This document shows, piece after piece, positions 7,645 through 16,546 of a stretch of 46,179 bases of DNA; positions within the stretch are counted from its first letter, which is position 1, and each line of letters opens with the position of its first letter. Source of the stretch: Candidatus Kappaea frigidicola (lineage in GTDB: Bacteria; Omnitrophota; Gorgyraeia; JAGLLT01); the NCBI GenBank assembly GCA_030765555.1, contig JAVCCI010000073.1, positions 1 through 46,179 on the forward strand. Reading direction: 5' to 3'. The notes beneath the pieces were generated by a model. The model was not told where the DNA came from. It worked only from the letters and a program-made list of their open reading frames with translations, and ran no database searches. The translations under genes and the position numbers were made by a program.

Positions 7645-9471
7645 CTATTCTACTGTTACACTTTTTGCCAGATTTCTGGGCTTATCAACATCACAACCTT
7701 TAACAACAGCCATATAGTATGCTAAAAGCTGTAAAGGTATAATAGCTAAAATAGCACTCAGGTCTTCACTAATTTTTGGTATATGTATTACGTAATCAGA
7801 ATATCTCTTTATAATATTATCTCTATCAGTAGCTATGCTAATAATAATACCACGTCTAGCCTTAAGTTCTTGAATATTAGAAAGCATTTTTTCGTAAGTT
7901 TCCGATCTAGGCACAAGACAAACAGTCGGAAGCTTTTCATCTACTAAAGCTATGGGGCCGTGCTTCATCTCACCAGCACTACAACCTTCAGCATGAATAT
8001 ATGATATTTCTTTTAATTTCAAAGCTCCCTCTAAAGCAGTTGGATAATTAATATTTCGACCTAAATATAAAAAACTATTAGCTTGCTTGTATCTCTTTGC
8101 ACATTTTTCAATGTCTTTTTTATTGTTTAAAACCCGCATTATAAGTTTCGGAAGTTTTTCAAGTTCTTTAACTAATTTGTGCTCGGTATTGCGACCTATA
8201 ATGCCTTTCAAGAAAGCTAAATGAATCGCAAATAAGTAAAAAATTGACACTTGAGCAGTATAAGCCTTTGTTGAAGCCACTCCAATTTCAGGCCCGGCAT
8301 GAGTATATATTACTCCATCTGACTCTCTAACCATAGAAGATCCCACTACATTACAGATAGTAATAACCTTAAGCCTATTACGGCGAGCCAATCTTAATGC
8401 GGCTAAAGTATCAGCTGTTTCTCCTGACTGACTTACGGTAATAACCAATTCATTCTTTAAAACAGGTGGGTTTCTGTAGCGATATTCACTTGATAAATCA
8501 ACCTCGACCGGCACACGAGCATATTTTTCTATCAAATATTTACCAATTAAACCAGCATGCCAAGCCGTACCACAAGCAATAATAGTTATTTTTTTGATGG
8601 CTTTAAAATTATTTTTCTTGAAATTTAATTCATCAAAAAATATTCTTCTCTTATCATCAACTCGCCTTTTTATTATATGCGAAATCACATCAGCCTGCTC
8701 TTCTATTTCTTTGAGCATAAAATGAGAATAACCACCTTTTTCAGCAGCATTAATATCCCAAGTTATTTTTTCAATTCTACGACTTACATTCTTACCTTTA
8801 ATATTTTTGACCTGAACTTCATTCTCACTTAAAATCGCAATTTCGTAATCATGAAGATACATTACCTTCTTAGTATATGTTAATACTGCTGGCACATCAC
8901 TAGCTACAAAATTCTCTTCTTTTCCAATGCCGACAATTAATGGACTACCACATCTAGCAGCAACAATTTTATGTGGCTCTTCCTTCGTAATCACAGCAAT
9001 AGCATATGAGCCTTTTAGTTTTCTTATAGAAGACAAAACAGCCTTTTCAAGATTACCATTATAATATTTTTCAATTAAGTGAACAATGACTTCAGAATCT
9101 GTTTTTGTTTTAAATATATGACCTTCTCTAATAAGCTTATCCTTTAAATCAAGATAATTTTCAATAATGCCATTATGCACTACAGCAATTTTCTTGCTAC
9201 AGTCTGTATGGGGATGTGCATTAGCTTTGGAAGGTTCGCCGTGAGTAGCCCAGCGCGTATGACCAATACCTACGGTTCCAGAATAGTGGCTGCGATTTAT
9301 AGAATTATCCAGAAACTCAAGCTTGCCCTTGCTTTTAGCAATTGTTAACTTGCCCTTATCTAATAAAGCAATGCCCGCTGAATCATATCCCCTATACTCA
9401 AGACGTCTTAAACCATCTATAAGAATAGGTACAACTTCCTTTTTTCCTACATAACCTACTATTCCACACAT
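7645..9471 (-). CDS. glmS: Glutamine--fructose-6-phosphate aminotransferase
   Basis: 608 aa. N-terminal MCGIVGY (Ntn amidotransferase Cys), two SIS domains, and the C-terminal ...NLAKSVTVE end typical of GlmS. Confidence 0.95.
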   Translation of the reverse strand: MCGIVGYVGKKEVVPILIDGLRRLEYRGYDSAGIALLDKGKLTIAKSKGKLEFLDNSINRSHYSGTVGIGHTRWATHGEPSKANAHPHTDCSKKIAVVHNGIIENYLDLKDKLIREGHIFKTKTDSEVIVHLIEKYYNGNLEKAVLSSIRKLKGSYAIAVITKEEPHKIVAARCGSPLIVGIGKEENFVASDVPAVLTYTKKVMYLHDYEIAILSENEVQVKNIKGKNVSRRIEKITWDINAAEKGGYSHFMLKEIEEQADVISHIIKRRVDDKRRIFFDELNFKKNNFKAIKKITIIACGTAWHAGLIGKYLIEKYARVPVEVDLSSEYRYRNPPVLKNELVITVSQSGETADTLAALRLARRNRLKVITICNVVGSSMVRESDGVIYTHAGPEIGVASTKAYTAQVSIFYLFAIHLAFLKGIIGRNTEHKLVKELEKLPKLIMRVLNNKKDIEKCAKRYKQANSFLYLGRNINYPTALEGALKLKEISYIHAEGCSAGEMKHGPIALVDEKLPTVCLVPRSETYEKMLSNIQELKARRGIIISIATDRDNIIKRYSDYVIHIPKISEDLSAILAIIPLQLLAYYMAVVKGCDVDKPRNLAKSVTVE

Positions 9472-9486
9472 GAGCTATAAATAGTT

Positions 9487-9563
9487 TGGCGTCCCCAAGG
9501 GGATTTGAACCCCTGCTGTCGGATCGAAAATCCGATGTCCTGACCTGGCTAGACGATGGGGAC
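9487..9563 (-). tRNA. tRNA-Glu (anticodon UUC), CCA encoded
   Basis: Acceptor GTCCCCA/TGGGGAC, anticodon arm TCGGA-TTTTCGA-TCCGA, T arm AGGGG-TTCAAAT-CCCCT, 3' GCCA. Confidence 0.9.
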
Positions 9564-9584
9564 GGCCGTTTGTTTTTTTTAAAA

Positions 9585-9660
9585 TGGTGAGCCGCTCAGG
9601 ACTTGAACCTGACACACCCGCCTTAAAAGGGCGGTGCTCTACCGGATGAGCTAGCGGCCC
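9585..9660 (-). tRNA. tRNA-Lys (anticodon UUU), CCA encoded
   Basis: Acceptor GGGCCGC/GCGGCTC, anticodon arm CCGCC-CTTTTAA-GGCGG, T arm TCAGG-TTCAAGT-CCTGA, 3' ACCA. It starts 2 nt after the frr stop codon. Confidence 0.9.
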
Positions 9661-9662
9661 GC

Positions 9663-10220
9663 TTAAATTTCTCTTATTTCGACTTGCTTTTTCCCAAGCA
9701 AATCATCGATCTCTTTGATATGTTTATCTGTAAGTTTCTGTGTATTCTCATGAAGAATGAATTCTTCATCTTCAGAAATTTCACCTGAACTCTTCGATTT
9801 CTTTATTTTCTCATTGGCATCTCGCCTGACAGCACGAACAGCAACTTTGCCTTCTTCAGCCATATTCCTAATGACCTTTATCAGGCTTTCTCTTCGTTCT
9901 TGTGTCAGTTGAGGAACATTTATTCTTATCACTTTACCATCATTATTAGGAGTAAGACCAACGTCTGACTTAAAAATTGCTTTTTCTATAGCTTCCATAG
10001 AAGCTGGATCCCAAGGCTGAATTATTATAAGTCGCGCCTCAGGTATGGAAATATTAGCTAATTGTTTTAGGGGCGTAGGATTCCCATAGTAATCGACCTT
10101 CAAATTTTCTACTAATGACTTTGAAGCTCTACCGGTATGCACTGATGAAAATTCACTATGCGTAACTTCAACGCTTTTCTTCATTTTTGCTTCTGTATCT
10201 TTTATAATTTCATTTGCCAT
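9663..10220 (-). CDS. frr: Ribosome recycling factor
   Basis: 185 aa with full-length resemblance to RRF: ...HSEFSSVHTGRAS..LVENLKVDYYG...IQPWD...LTPNNDG..IRINVP.LTEERR... Confidence 0.95.
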   Translation of the reverse strand: MANEIIKDTEAKMKKSVEVTHSEFSSVHTGRASKSLVENLKVDYYGNPTPLKQLANISIPEARLIIIQPWDPASMEAIEKAIFKSDVGLTPNNDGKVIRINVPQLTQERRESLIKVIRNMAEEGKVAVRAVRRDANEKIKKSKSSGEISEDEEFILHENTQKLTDKHIKEIDDLLGKKQVEIREI

Positions 10221-10230
10221 TAACCAGCTC

Positions 10231-10956
10231 CTACTTGATAACTGTCCCTATTTTACTACCAGTTATAACTCTCTTAATATTACCCTTTTTCAGTAAATCA
10301 AAGACTATAATTGGTAATTTATTATCCATACACAAACTAACAGCTGTTAAATCCATCACTTTAAGTTCCTGTTCAAAAAATTCCATGTAAGATAGAGATT
10401 TAATTTTTTTAGCTTTTTTGTTCTTCATGGGATCACTAGTATAAACACCATCAACCTTTGTAGCTTTTAATATTGCATCAGCTCCAATTTCAATTGCTCG
10501 TAAAGCTGCTGCTGTATCTGTCGTAAAATATGGATTTCCCGTACCAGCTACAAAAATAATAACTCTTTTTTTTTCAAGATGCCTCATAGCCCTTCTTCTA
10601 ATATATGACTCCGCAAGTTCATTCATTTCAATAGCTGTTAAAACTCTAGTTGGTACATTAATCTTTTCCAAACTATCCTGAAGAGCTAAACCATTTATAA
10701 CAGTGGCTAACATTCCCATATAATCAGCTGTCGAACGGTCTATTCCTTCTTTTTTTGAATTAGGAATTCCACGAAAAATATTTCCCGCACCTATCACAAC
10801 AGCTATATCAACACCAAGATTATTTACTTCTTTAATCTGCATCGCAATTGATTTTATGCTTTGCGGATCTATCCCATAACCTTTCGAACCCTGCAGCGAC
10901 TCTCCGCTTAGCTTTAAAAGAACTCTATTAAAAGCAGATTTATTATTTTTGGTCAT
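10231..10956 (-). CDS. pyrH: UMP kinase
   Basis: RVLLKLSGE...GAGNIFRG...TKVDGVY motifs. I prefer the ATG at 10956 ([15 protein letters not shown]). The ORF-track start at 10977 is a GTG with no SD. Either start overlaps the tsf 3' end. Confidence 0.92.
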   Translation of the reverse strand: MTKNNKSAFNRVLLKLSGESLQGSKGYGIDPQSIKSIAMQIKEVNNLGVDIAVVIGAGNIFRGIPNSKKEGIDRSTADYMGMLATVINGLALQDSLEKINVPTRVLTAIEMNELAESYIRRRAMRHLEKKRVIIFVAGTGNPYFTTDTAAALRAIEIGADAILKATKVDGVYTSDPMKNKKAKKIKSLSYMEFFEQELKVMDLTAVSLCMDNKLPIIVFDLLKKGNIKRVITGSKIGTVIK

Positions 10957-11548
10957 TATTTTCAGATATTTTTTCACCTAACGAAAATCTAACGAATCTT
11001 TTAATAACGATATTTTCTCTTATCTTACCCACAAGTTGATTCAGATAATCTTTTATCTTGATCTTATCATCTTTAATAAAGGGTTGCTCCAAAAGACATA
11101 CTTCCTGCAAAAATTTATCTACTTTACCATCAACAATCTTCTCTAATACATTATCTGGTTTATCTTTTATTTGAGACTTGATGATTTCACGTTCTTTTTC
11201 GATAACCTCATTTGGGATATCTGCACCTTTCAGATAAAGGGGATTTGCAGCTGCTATCTGCATAGCTATGTCCTTGGTAAACTGTTTAAAATCATCACAT
11301 TTAGCTACAAAATCAGTTTCGCAATTAACCTCAACTAAAACACCTATTTTAGCATTAGAATGCACATAGCTTTCAACGCGACCCTCTTCAGCAACTCTGT
11401 CAGCCTTTTTGCGGGCCGTCATAAGACCTTTTTTTCTCAAAACCTCAACAGCCTTTTCAAGATTACCCTCAACCTCATTTAAAGCACTCTTACATTCCAT
11501 TATACCAGCACCGGTCATCTGGCGTAATTGTTTTATCTTTTCCGTCAT
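10943..11548 (-). CDS. tsf: Elongation factor Ts (short ~200-aa form)
   Basis: N-terminal UBA-like [16 protein letters not shown], then [12 protein letters not shown]. Confidence 0.93.
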   Translation of the reverse strand: MTEKIKQLRQMTGAGIMECKSALNEVEGNLEKAVEVLRKKGLMTARKKADRVAEEGRVESYVHSNAKIGVLVEVNCETDFVAKCDDFKQFTKDIAMQIAAANPLYLKGADIPNEVIEKEREIIKSQIKDKPDNVLEKIVDGKVDKFLQEVCLLEQPFIKDDKIKIKDYLNQLVGKIRENIVIKRFVRFSLGEKISENNDQK

Positions 11549-11550
11549 GA

Positions 11551-12423
11551 TTATTCCTTATTCTCTGCTGCTTCTTTTTTCTTCTTAGTTAAATCTTTTT
11601 TAGCATCTATCTTTTTGTTCTTTTTTTTATCTTCCTCTTTTTTTAGACCTTTTTTATTTTCTTTTGAAGGTTTCTTTTGAGCTTCAGCCTCTTTTTTTTC
11701 TTCCTCTTCCTTTAGCTTACGAACTTCCTCCTGTTCTAAATAATCCTGCCTACCCTCAATAATACCATCAGTCAATATAGAGGCAACCAATTTAATAGAC
11801 CGAATAGCATCATCATTGCCTGGAATTGGAAAATCAATTCCATCAGGATCACAGTTAGTATCAATTAAAGCTACAACCGGTATATTAAGTTTTCTGGCTT
11901 CTTTAACAGCCAAACTTTCCCGTTTAGGATCAACTACAAAAATGGCTCTTGGCAACTTGTCCATTTTTAAAATGCCGCATAAATTCTTTGTAAGTTTTTC
12001 AAGTTCCTTATTCAATGAAGCAATCTCTTTTTTTGTCAATTTATCGAAAACACCATCTTCTTTCATGCTTCTAATTTCATAAAGACGTTTTATGCTTTTT
12101 TTAATAGTTTCAAAGTTGGTTAACATTCCTCCTAACCAACGACTATTAACATAAAACATTCCACAGCGCTGAGCCTCCTGATGGACTATATTCTGGGCTT
12201 GCTTCTTAGTGCCTACATACAAAACGCAGTCACCTGCTAAAGCTACATCCTTTAGGAAACTTTTGGCCTCATTTAAGAGGTCCGCAGTTAATTTTAGATT
12301 AATTATGTAGATCCCGTTGCGTTCGCCGTATATAAACTTAGCCATTTTAGGGTTCCAGCGCTTAGTTTGATGCCCAAAATGTAAACCGGCTTCTAAAAAT
12401 TGTTTTATTAGTTCTGTAGCCAC
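11551..12423 (-). CDS. rpsB: 30S ribosomal protein S2 with a K/E-rich C-terminal extension
   Basis: GTG start with AAGGAGG 9 nt upstream. [19 protein letters not shown]... core, followed by a ~60-aa Lys/Glu tail. Confidence 0.95.
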   Translation of the reverse strand: MATELIKQFLEAGLHFGHQTKRWNPKMAKFIYGERNGIYIINLKLTADLLNEAKSFLKDVALAGDCVLYVGTKKQAQNIVHQEAQRCGMFYVNSRWLGGMLTNFETIKKSIKRLYEIRSMKEDGVFDKLTKKEIASLNKELEKLTKNLCGILKMDKLPRAIFVVDPKRESLAVKEARKLNIPVVALIDTNCDPDGIDFPIPGNDDAIRSIKLVASILTDGIIEGRQDYLEQEEVRKLKEEEEKKEAEAQKKPSKENKKGLKKEEDKKKNKKIDAKKDLTKKKKEAAENKE

Positions 12424-12480
12424 TACACGTATTCCTCCTTATTTTTATGCCTCTAAATCCATAAAATACAATAGAAAATA

Positions 12481-12508
12481 ATTATAACACACTTTTAATG
12501 CAATGCAA
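12481..12508 (-). promoter_or_regulatory. Putative sigma70 promoter of rpsB-tsf-pyrH-frr
   Basis: Minus strand: TTGCAT (12508-12503), 16-nt spacer, extended -10 TGtTATAAT (TATAAT at 12486-12481). It lies about 58 nt upstream of the rpsB GTG. Confidence 0.5.
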
Positions 12509-12516
12509 GCTTTTTT

Positions 12517-14355
12517 TCATCTATCAATAAACTGTAAATCATAGAGCCTTCTATAATGACTTACATTACTCATAAGCTCTTCATGAGTACCAACTTCGGC
12601 TATTTTACCCTTATCTAAAACCACTATTTTACTAGCATGTTTGATTGTGGATAGTCTGTGAGCAATAATGAATACGGTTCTACCTTCAATAAGGTGATCA
12701 AGAGCATCCTGCACTAACTTTTCACTTTCGCTGTCTAGTTGCGAAGTAGCCTCGTCTAAAATGAGAATAGGAGGATTTTTTAAAATAGCTCTAGCCATAG
12801 CCAAACGTTGTTTTTCACCCCCAGATAGCTTAAGCCCTCTATCTCCAATTACAGTCTCATATTTATTAGGCAGTTTATTAATAAAAACATGCGCATTGGC
12901 TACTTTGGCAGCTTTTTCTATATCTTGCATTTTAGCCCGATGACTACCATAGCAAATATTTGCCTTGACTGTATCATTAAAGAGTATCGTTTCTTGAGTA
13001 ACAACGGCAATATTCTTTCTAAGAGAAGCTACACTTAGATCTTTTATGTTACTGTTATCAATTTCAAGCGAACCCTTACTAACATCATAAAAACGAGGAA
13101 TTAAATTCACTAGAGTAGTTTTTCCAACTCCACTCTTGCCAACAAAAGCAATAACAGCACCTTTTTTAACCTCGAGATTAATATTTTTCAGTATATCGTG
13201 GTCATGATATTTAAAGCTAACGTTCGAAAAAACTATTTTATCCTTAAATAAGCTTAATTTTTTAGCTTTGGAACTATCTTGTATGCTCGGTTCAGATTCT
13301 AATATCTCATATATTCTGGTTGAAGCAGCTAATGCCTGCTGGTTAATACCATGAACCTTGCTTAATCTTTTAAAGGGAGCTATCATCTGCAATAGCAACC
13401 CTACAAAAGCCGTAAAAGCTCCTGGATCAAGCTCTCCAACAATCATAAGCTTACCACCAAAATATATAACACCCACACCAGCTAATATCGCCACATATTC
13501 AGAAATAGGGCTTATAACAACAAGTCTTTTAACAGACTTGAGCATAATCTTATAAAAATCTTCATTTACATTATTGAATCTCTTGCCTTCATACGCAGCC
13601 ATATCAAAGGCCTTGACAATCCTAATGCCTGAGAATGTTTCGTACAAAATAGAATTCATATCTGCCATTTTATTTTGTGCGTCAGTACTTATTGATCTGA
13701 GCTTCTTACCTATCCTTGTAACGGGATAGACTATCGCTGGCATAACTACCAACATCATAATTATTAACGTCCATGGAATAGCAAAAGCAACAATCAACAT
13801 TATGGTTAAAACTATTAGAACAATAAGTTCAATGCTAGAATATATTAGATCCCTTAACCCTTCAGCAACCGAATTTTGAACAATACCCGCATCATATGTT
13901 ATCTTAGAAACTAGTTGGCCTGCCCTGTTCTCACTATAAAAATCAAAAGATAAACTTAGAATCTTTTCATACAGTTTGCCCTTTATATCTTTCACTACTT
14001 TAAGACTTAATTTGCTCAACATATAGCTATGTAATATTGTAAAAATCTCCTTAAAGAAAAATGCAACCGCTATACTAAAAACAAGCCAGCCTAAAAGACT
14101 TAATCTGTCAATTGAATTTACATAGACAATCATCTGCCTAAAATGATCATTTAAACAAACCGGCAAACGAATGCTATCGGGTATATTTATTTTATTTCCA
14201 GCAATTAATATAGTAATAAAGGGTATAATAGCCCCAACAGAAGCAATTTTTTCTATCAGCTGTGTTAGCAGCATGAAAAAAACAGAAATCGCAAAAAGGA
14301 GACTATGCGGCTTTATAAAAATTAGTAATTTACGATAATCTTTAAATTTTTTCAT
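12517..14355 (-). CDS. msbA: ABC exporter, fused permease-ATPase, MsbA-like (probable lipid A flippase)
   Basis: 612 aa. Six-TM N-terminal domain, Walker A GKSGVGKTT, LSGGEKQRLAMARA, Walker B ILILDEATSQLD. Located beside the lpx genes. The MsbA assignment comes from family plus context only. Confidence 0.75.
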   Translation of the reverse strand: MKKFKDYRKLLIFIKPHSLLFAISVFFMLLTQLIEKIASVGAIIPFITILIAGNKINIPDSIRLPVCLNDHFRQMIVYVNSIDRLSLLGWLVFSIAVAFFFKEIFTILHSYMLSKLSLKVVKDIKGKLYEKILSLSFDFYSENRAGQLVSKITYDAGIVQNSVAEGLRDLIYSSIELIVLIVLTIMLIVAFAIPWTLIIMMLVVMPAIVYPVTRIGKKLRSISTDAQNKMADMNSILYETFSGIRIVKAFDMAAYEGKRFNNVNEDFYKIMLKSVKRLVVISPISEYVAILAGVGVIYFGGKLMIVGELDPGAFTAFVGLLLQMIAPFKRLSKVHGINQQALAASTRIYEILESEPSIQDSSKAKKLSLFKDKIVFSNVSFKYHDHDILKNINLEVKKGAVIAFVGKSGVGKTTLVNLIPRFYDVSKGSLEIDNSNIKDLSVASLRKNIAVVTQETILFNDTVKANICYGSHRAKMQDIEKAAKVANAHVFINKLPNKYETVIGDRGLKLSGGEKQRLAMARAILKNPPILILDEATSQLDSESEKLVQDALDHLIEGRTVFIIAHRLSTIKHASKIVVLDKGKIAEVGTHEELMSNVSHYRRLYDLQFIDR

Positions 14356-14364
14356 ATTTAGAGT

Positions 14365-14393
14365 ATTTTATCACAGGGCAATTTTATTGTCGA
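14365..14393 (-). promoter_or_regulatory. Putative promoter of the msbA-like gene (would give a near-leaderless mRNA)
   Basis: Minus strand: TCGACA (14393-14388), 17-nt spacer, TGaTAAAAT (TAAAAT at 14370-14365). The ATG lies only 9 nt beyond the -10 box and has no SD. Confidence 0.3.
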
Positions 14394-14435
14394 GATAAAT
14401 TTTATTATGTAAGTCTTTACAACTTAGTTATTTAC

Positions 14436-14464
14436 TTGCTCATATGCCTTTAAAATGCTATAAT
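14436..14464 (+). promoter_or_regulatory. Putative sigma70 promoter of gfo-lpxB
   Basis: TTGCTC (14436-14441), 17-nt spacer, extended -10 TGcTATAAT (TATAAT at 14459-14464). A GGAG SD follows at about 14473 and the ATG at 14485. Confidence 0.5.
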
Positions 14465-14484
14465 TTTGTAAATGGAGCGAGACT

Positions 14485-15399
14485 ATGAAAAAGATTAAAG
14501 TAGCTGTAATCGGCGTTGGGCATTTAGGTCAATATCATGCAAAAGTGTATAAATCCCTTAACGATGTAGAGTTAGTGGGAATTTCAGATATCAATAAAAA
14601 AAGAGCTGATGAAATCGCAGGAATCTATAAAACAAAGGCCTACTATGATCACAAACGTTTCTTAGAGCGCATTGATGCAGCTAGTATCGCCGTTCCTACG
14701 AAACAGCATTACAAAATAGCTAGAGCTCTTATTGAAGCCAAGGTTCATGTTTTAATTGAAAAACCTATAACTGAAAATCTTAGGCAAGCTAATGAATTAA
14801 TACGCTTAGCTAAAAAACATCGTGTTTTATTACAGGTAGGCCATATAGAACGCTTCAACTCAGCAGTCAGAGCTCTGAAAAAAATTATACATAATCCTCA
14901 ATTCATAGAGTGCCACCGATTAGGTGCATTTCAGCCTAGAGGCATTGATGTCGGAGTAGTCTTAGATTTAATGATTCATGACATTGATATTATACTCCAC
15001 CTTGTAAAGTCAAATATAAAAAAATGTGAGGCCGTGGGAGTCAAAGTACTTTCCAATCATGAAGATATCGCAAATGTACGTCTCGTTTTTCAAAACGGAG
15101 CTGTCTGCAACATAACTGCCAGCCGCATCTCCCAAGAAAGAGTAAGAAAAATTAGAATATTCCAAAAAAATACATATGTATCACTTGATTACGTAAGTCA
15201 AGAGGCTACAATCTATCAGAAAAAAATGAAGGCAATTTCCAAAAAAAGTATCAATATTGAAAAACAAGACTCTTTAAATGAAGAATTGAAATCATTCATA
15301 ACATGCGTGCGATCAAACAAGAGACCTCTTGTTTCCGGAGAAGAAGCCACTATTGCTCTTAAAGTAGCTTTGGACATAGTAAAAAAAATTCATAGATGA
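14485..15399 (+). CDS. Gfo/Idh/MocA-family NAD(P)-dependent oxidoreductase (GnnA-like?)
   Basis: N-terminal Rossmann motif KVAVIGVGHLGQYH and the family EKP motif (VLIEKPIT). Its stop lies 1 nt before the lpxB ATG. Confidence 0.85.
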   Translation: MKKIKVAVIGVGHLGQYHAKVYKSLNDVELVGISDINKKRADEIAGIYKTKAYYDHKRFLERIDAASIAVPTKQHYKIARALIEAKVHVLIEKPITENLRQANELIRLAKKHRVLLQVGHIERFNSAVRALKKIIHNPQFIECHRLGAFQPRGIDVGVVLDLMIHDIDIILHLVKSNIKKCEAVGVKVLSNHEDIANVRLVFQNGAVCNITASRISQERVRKIRIFQKNTYVSLDYVSQEATIYQKKMKAISKKSINIEKQDSLNEELKSFITCVRSNKRPLVSGEEATIALKVALDIVKKIHR

Positions 15400-15400
15400 T

Positions 15401-16546
15401 ATGGCAAAAAAATTATTTTTTATAGCTGGTGAATCTTCAGGCGATCTCCACGGAGCTCACCTGATTGACAGCTTACTATCATTGGATGCAACTATCGAGA
15501 CTTACGGCATTGGTGGTTCTCAGATGAAAAAAGCAGGGGCTGAAATATTTGAGGACTTAACTAACGTCGCTGTAATAGGCTTTGCTGAAGTCATAAAAAA
15601 CCTTAAATTTTTTAAAACTACCTTCAATCTCGCTCTTCATAAAATAGACCAAATTAAACCCGACGCAGTTATTTTAATTGATTATCCTGGATTTAATCTT
15701 AAGATTGCTGCAGAAATAAAGAAAAAAAATATCCCCGTTATATACTATATCAGCCCTCAGGTCTGGGCATGGGGCAAAAAAAGGATTGAGTTAATAAAAA
15801 AAGTTGTTGATGTAATAATTGTTTTCTTCAAATTTGAACAAATTCTCTACGAAAAAAATAATATGAATGTTGTCTTCCATGGTCATCCACTTATAGATAT
15901 AGTCAAATCTAGTGATTATAAGGAAAGCATTCTTCAAAATCACAACATAGATAAATCAAAAAAAATAATTTCACTTCTTCCTGGTTCAAGAATAAATGAA
16001 GTTAAGCGGATGTTACCGGTTATGCTTGGAAGCGTTTCTATGATACATAATAAAGATAAAAACACTCAATTTTTAATTATAAAGTCAGCTAATATTGATA
16101 ATCAGATTTATGAAAAAATTATGGATATAAAAAATTTACCCGTTAGGCTAATTGAATCCGACTCTTACGACCTCTTGAGTATTTCTGATTTTGCCATAGT
16201 CTGTTCTGGAACTGCAACTCTAGAAACTGCCATCCTACAAATACCAATGCTTGTAATATATAAGATTGGTTTCTTAAGTTGGATACTCATTAAAAACCTA
16301 ATAAAAATACCTAATGTAAGCTTAGTAAATATTGTGGCGGGAAAAAAAATTGTACCTGAATTTTTGCAATATGAAATAAGAGGTAAAAAAATTGCAGAAC
16401 ATGTATTGAATGTTTTAAACGATAAAAATAAAATTAATAAAATTAAATCTGATTTAAAAAACGTAACAAATTCTCTGGGCAACCCAGGTGCCAGTAACCG
16501 AACAGCGGAATATATTTTAAGTTTTCTATCAAACCTCAAAAGCTAA
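15401..16546 (+). CDS. lpxB: Lipid-A-disaccharide synthase
   Basis: 381 aa. N-terminal FFIAGESSGDLHGAHLI and YYISPQVWAWG are typical of LpxB. Confidence 0.93.
   Translation: MAKKLFFIAGESSGDLHGAHLIDSLLSLDATIETYGIGGSQMKKAGAEIFEDLTNVAVIGFAEVIKNLKFFKTTFNLALHKIDQIKPDAVILIDYPGFNLKIAAEIKKKNIPVIYYISPQVWAWGKKRIELIKKVVDVIIVFFKFEQILYEKNNMNVVFHGHPLIDIVKSSDYKESILQNHNIDKSKKIISLLPGSRINEVKRMLPVMLGSVSMIHNKDKNTQFLIIKSANIDNQIYEKIMDIKNLPVRLIESDSYDLLSISDFAIVCSGTATLETAILQIPMLVIYKIGFLSWILIKNLIKIPNVSLVNIVAGKKIVPEFLQYEIRGKKIAEHVLNVLNDKNKINKIKSDLKNVTNSLGNPGASNRTAEYILSFLSNLKS

Noticed and set aside
9472-9486. A glmS ribozyme or other riboswitch upstream of glmS.
   Set aside because: Only 15 nt separate the tRNA-Glu CCA end from the glmS ATG. 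That is far too short for the roughly 150-nt or longer ribozyme.
16165-16539. 124-aa minus-strand ORF inside lpxB.
   Set aside because: It is antisense to a full-length, motif-bearing lpxB and has no start context. It is most likely a chance open frame.
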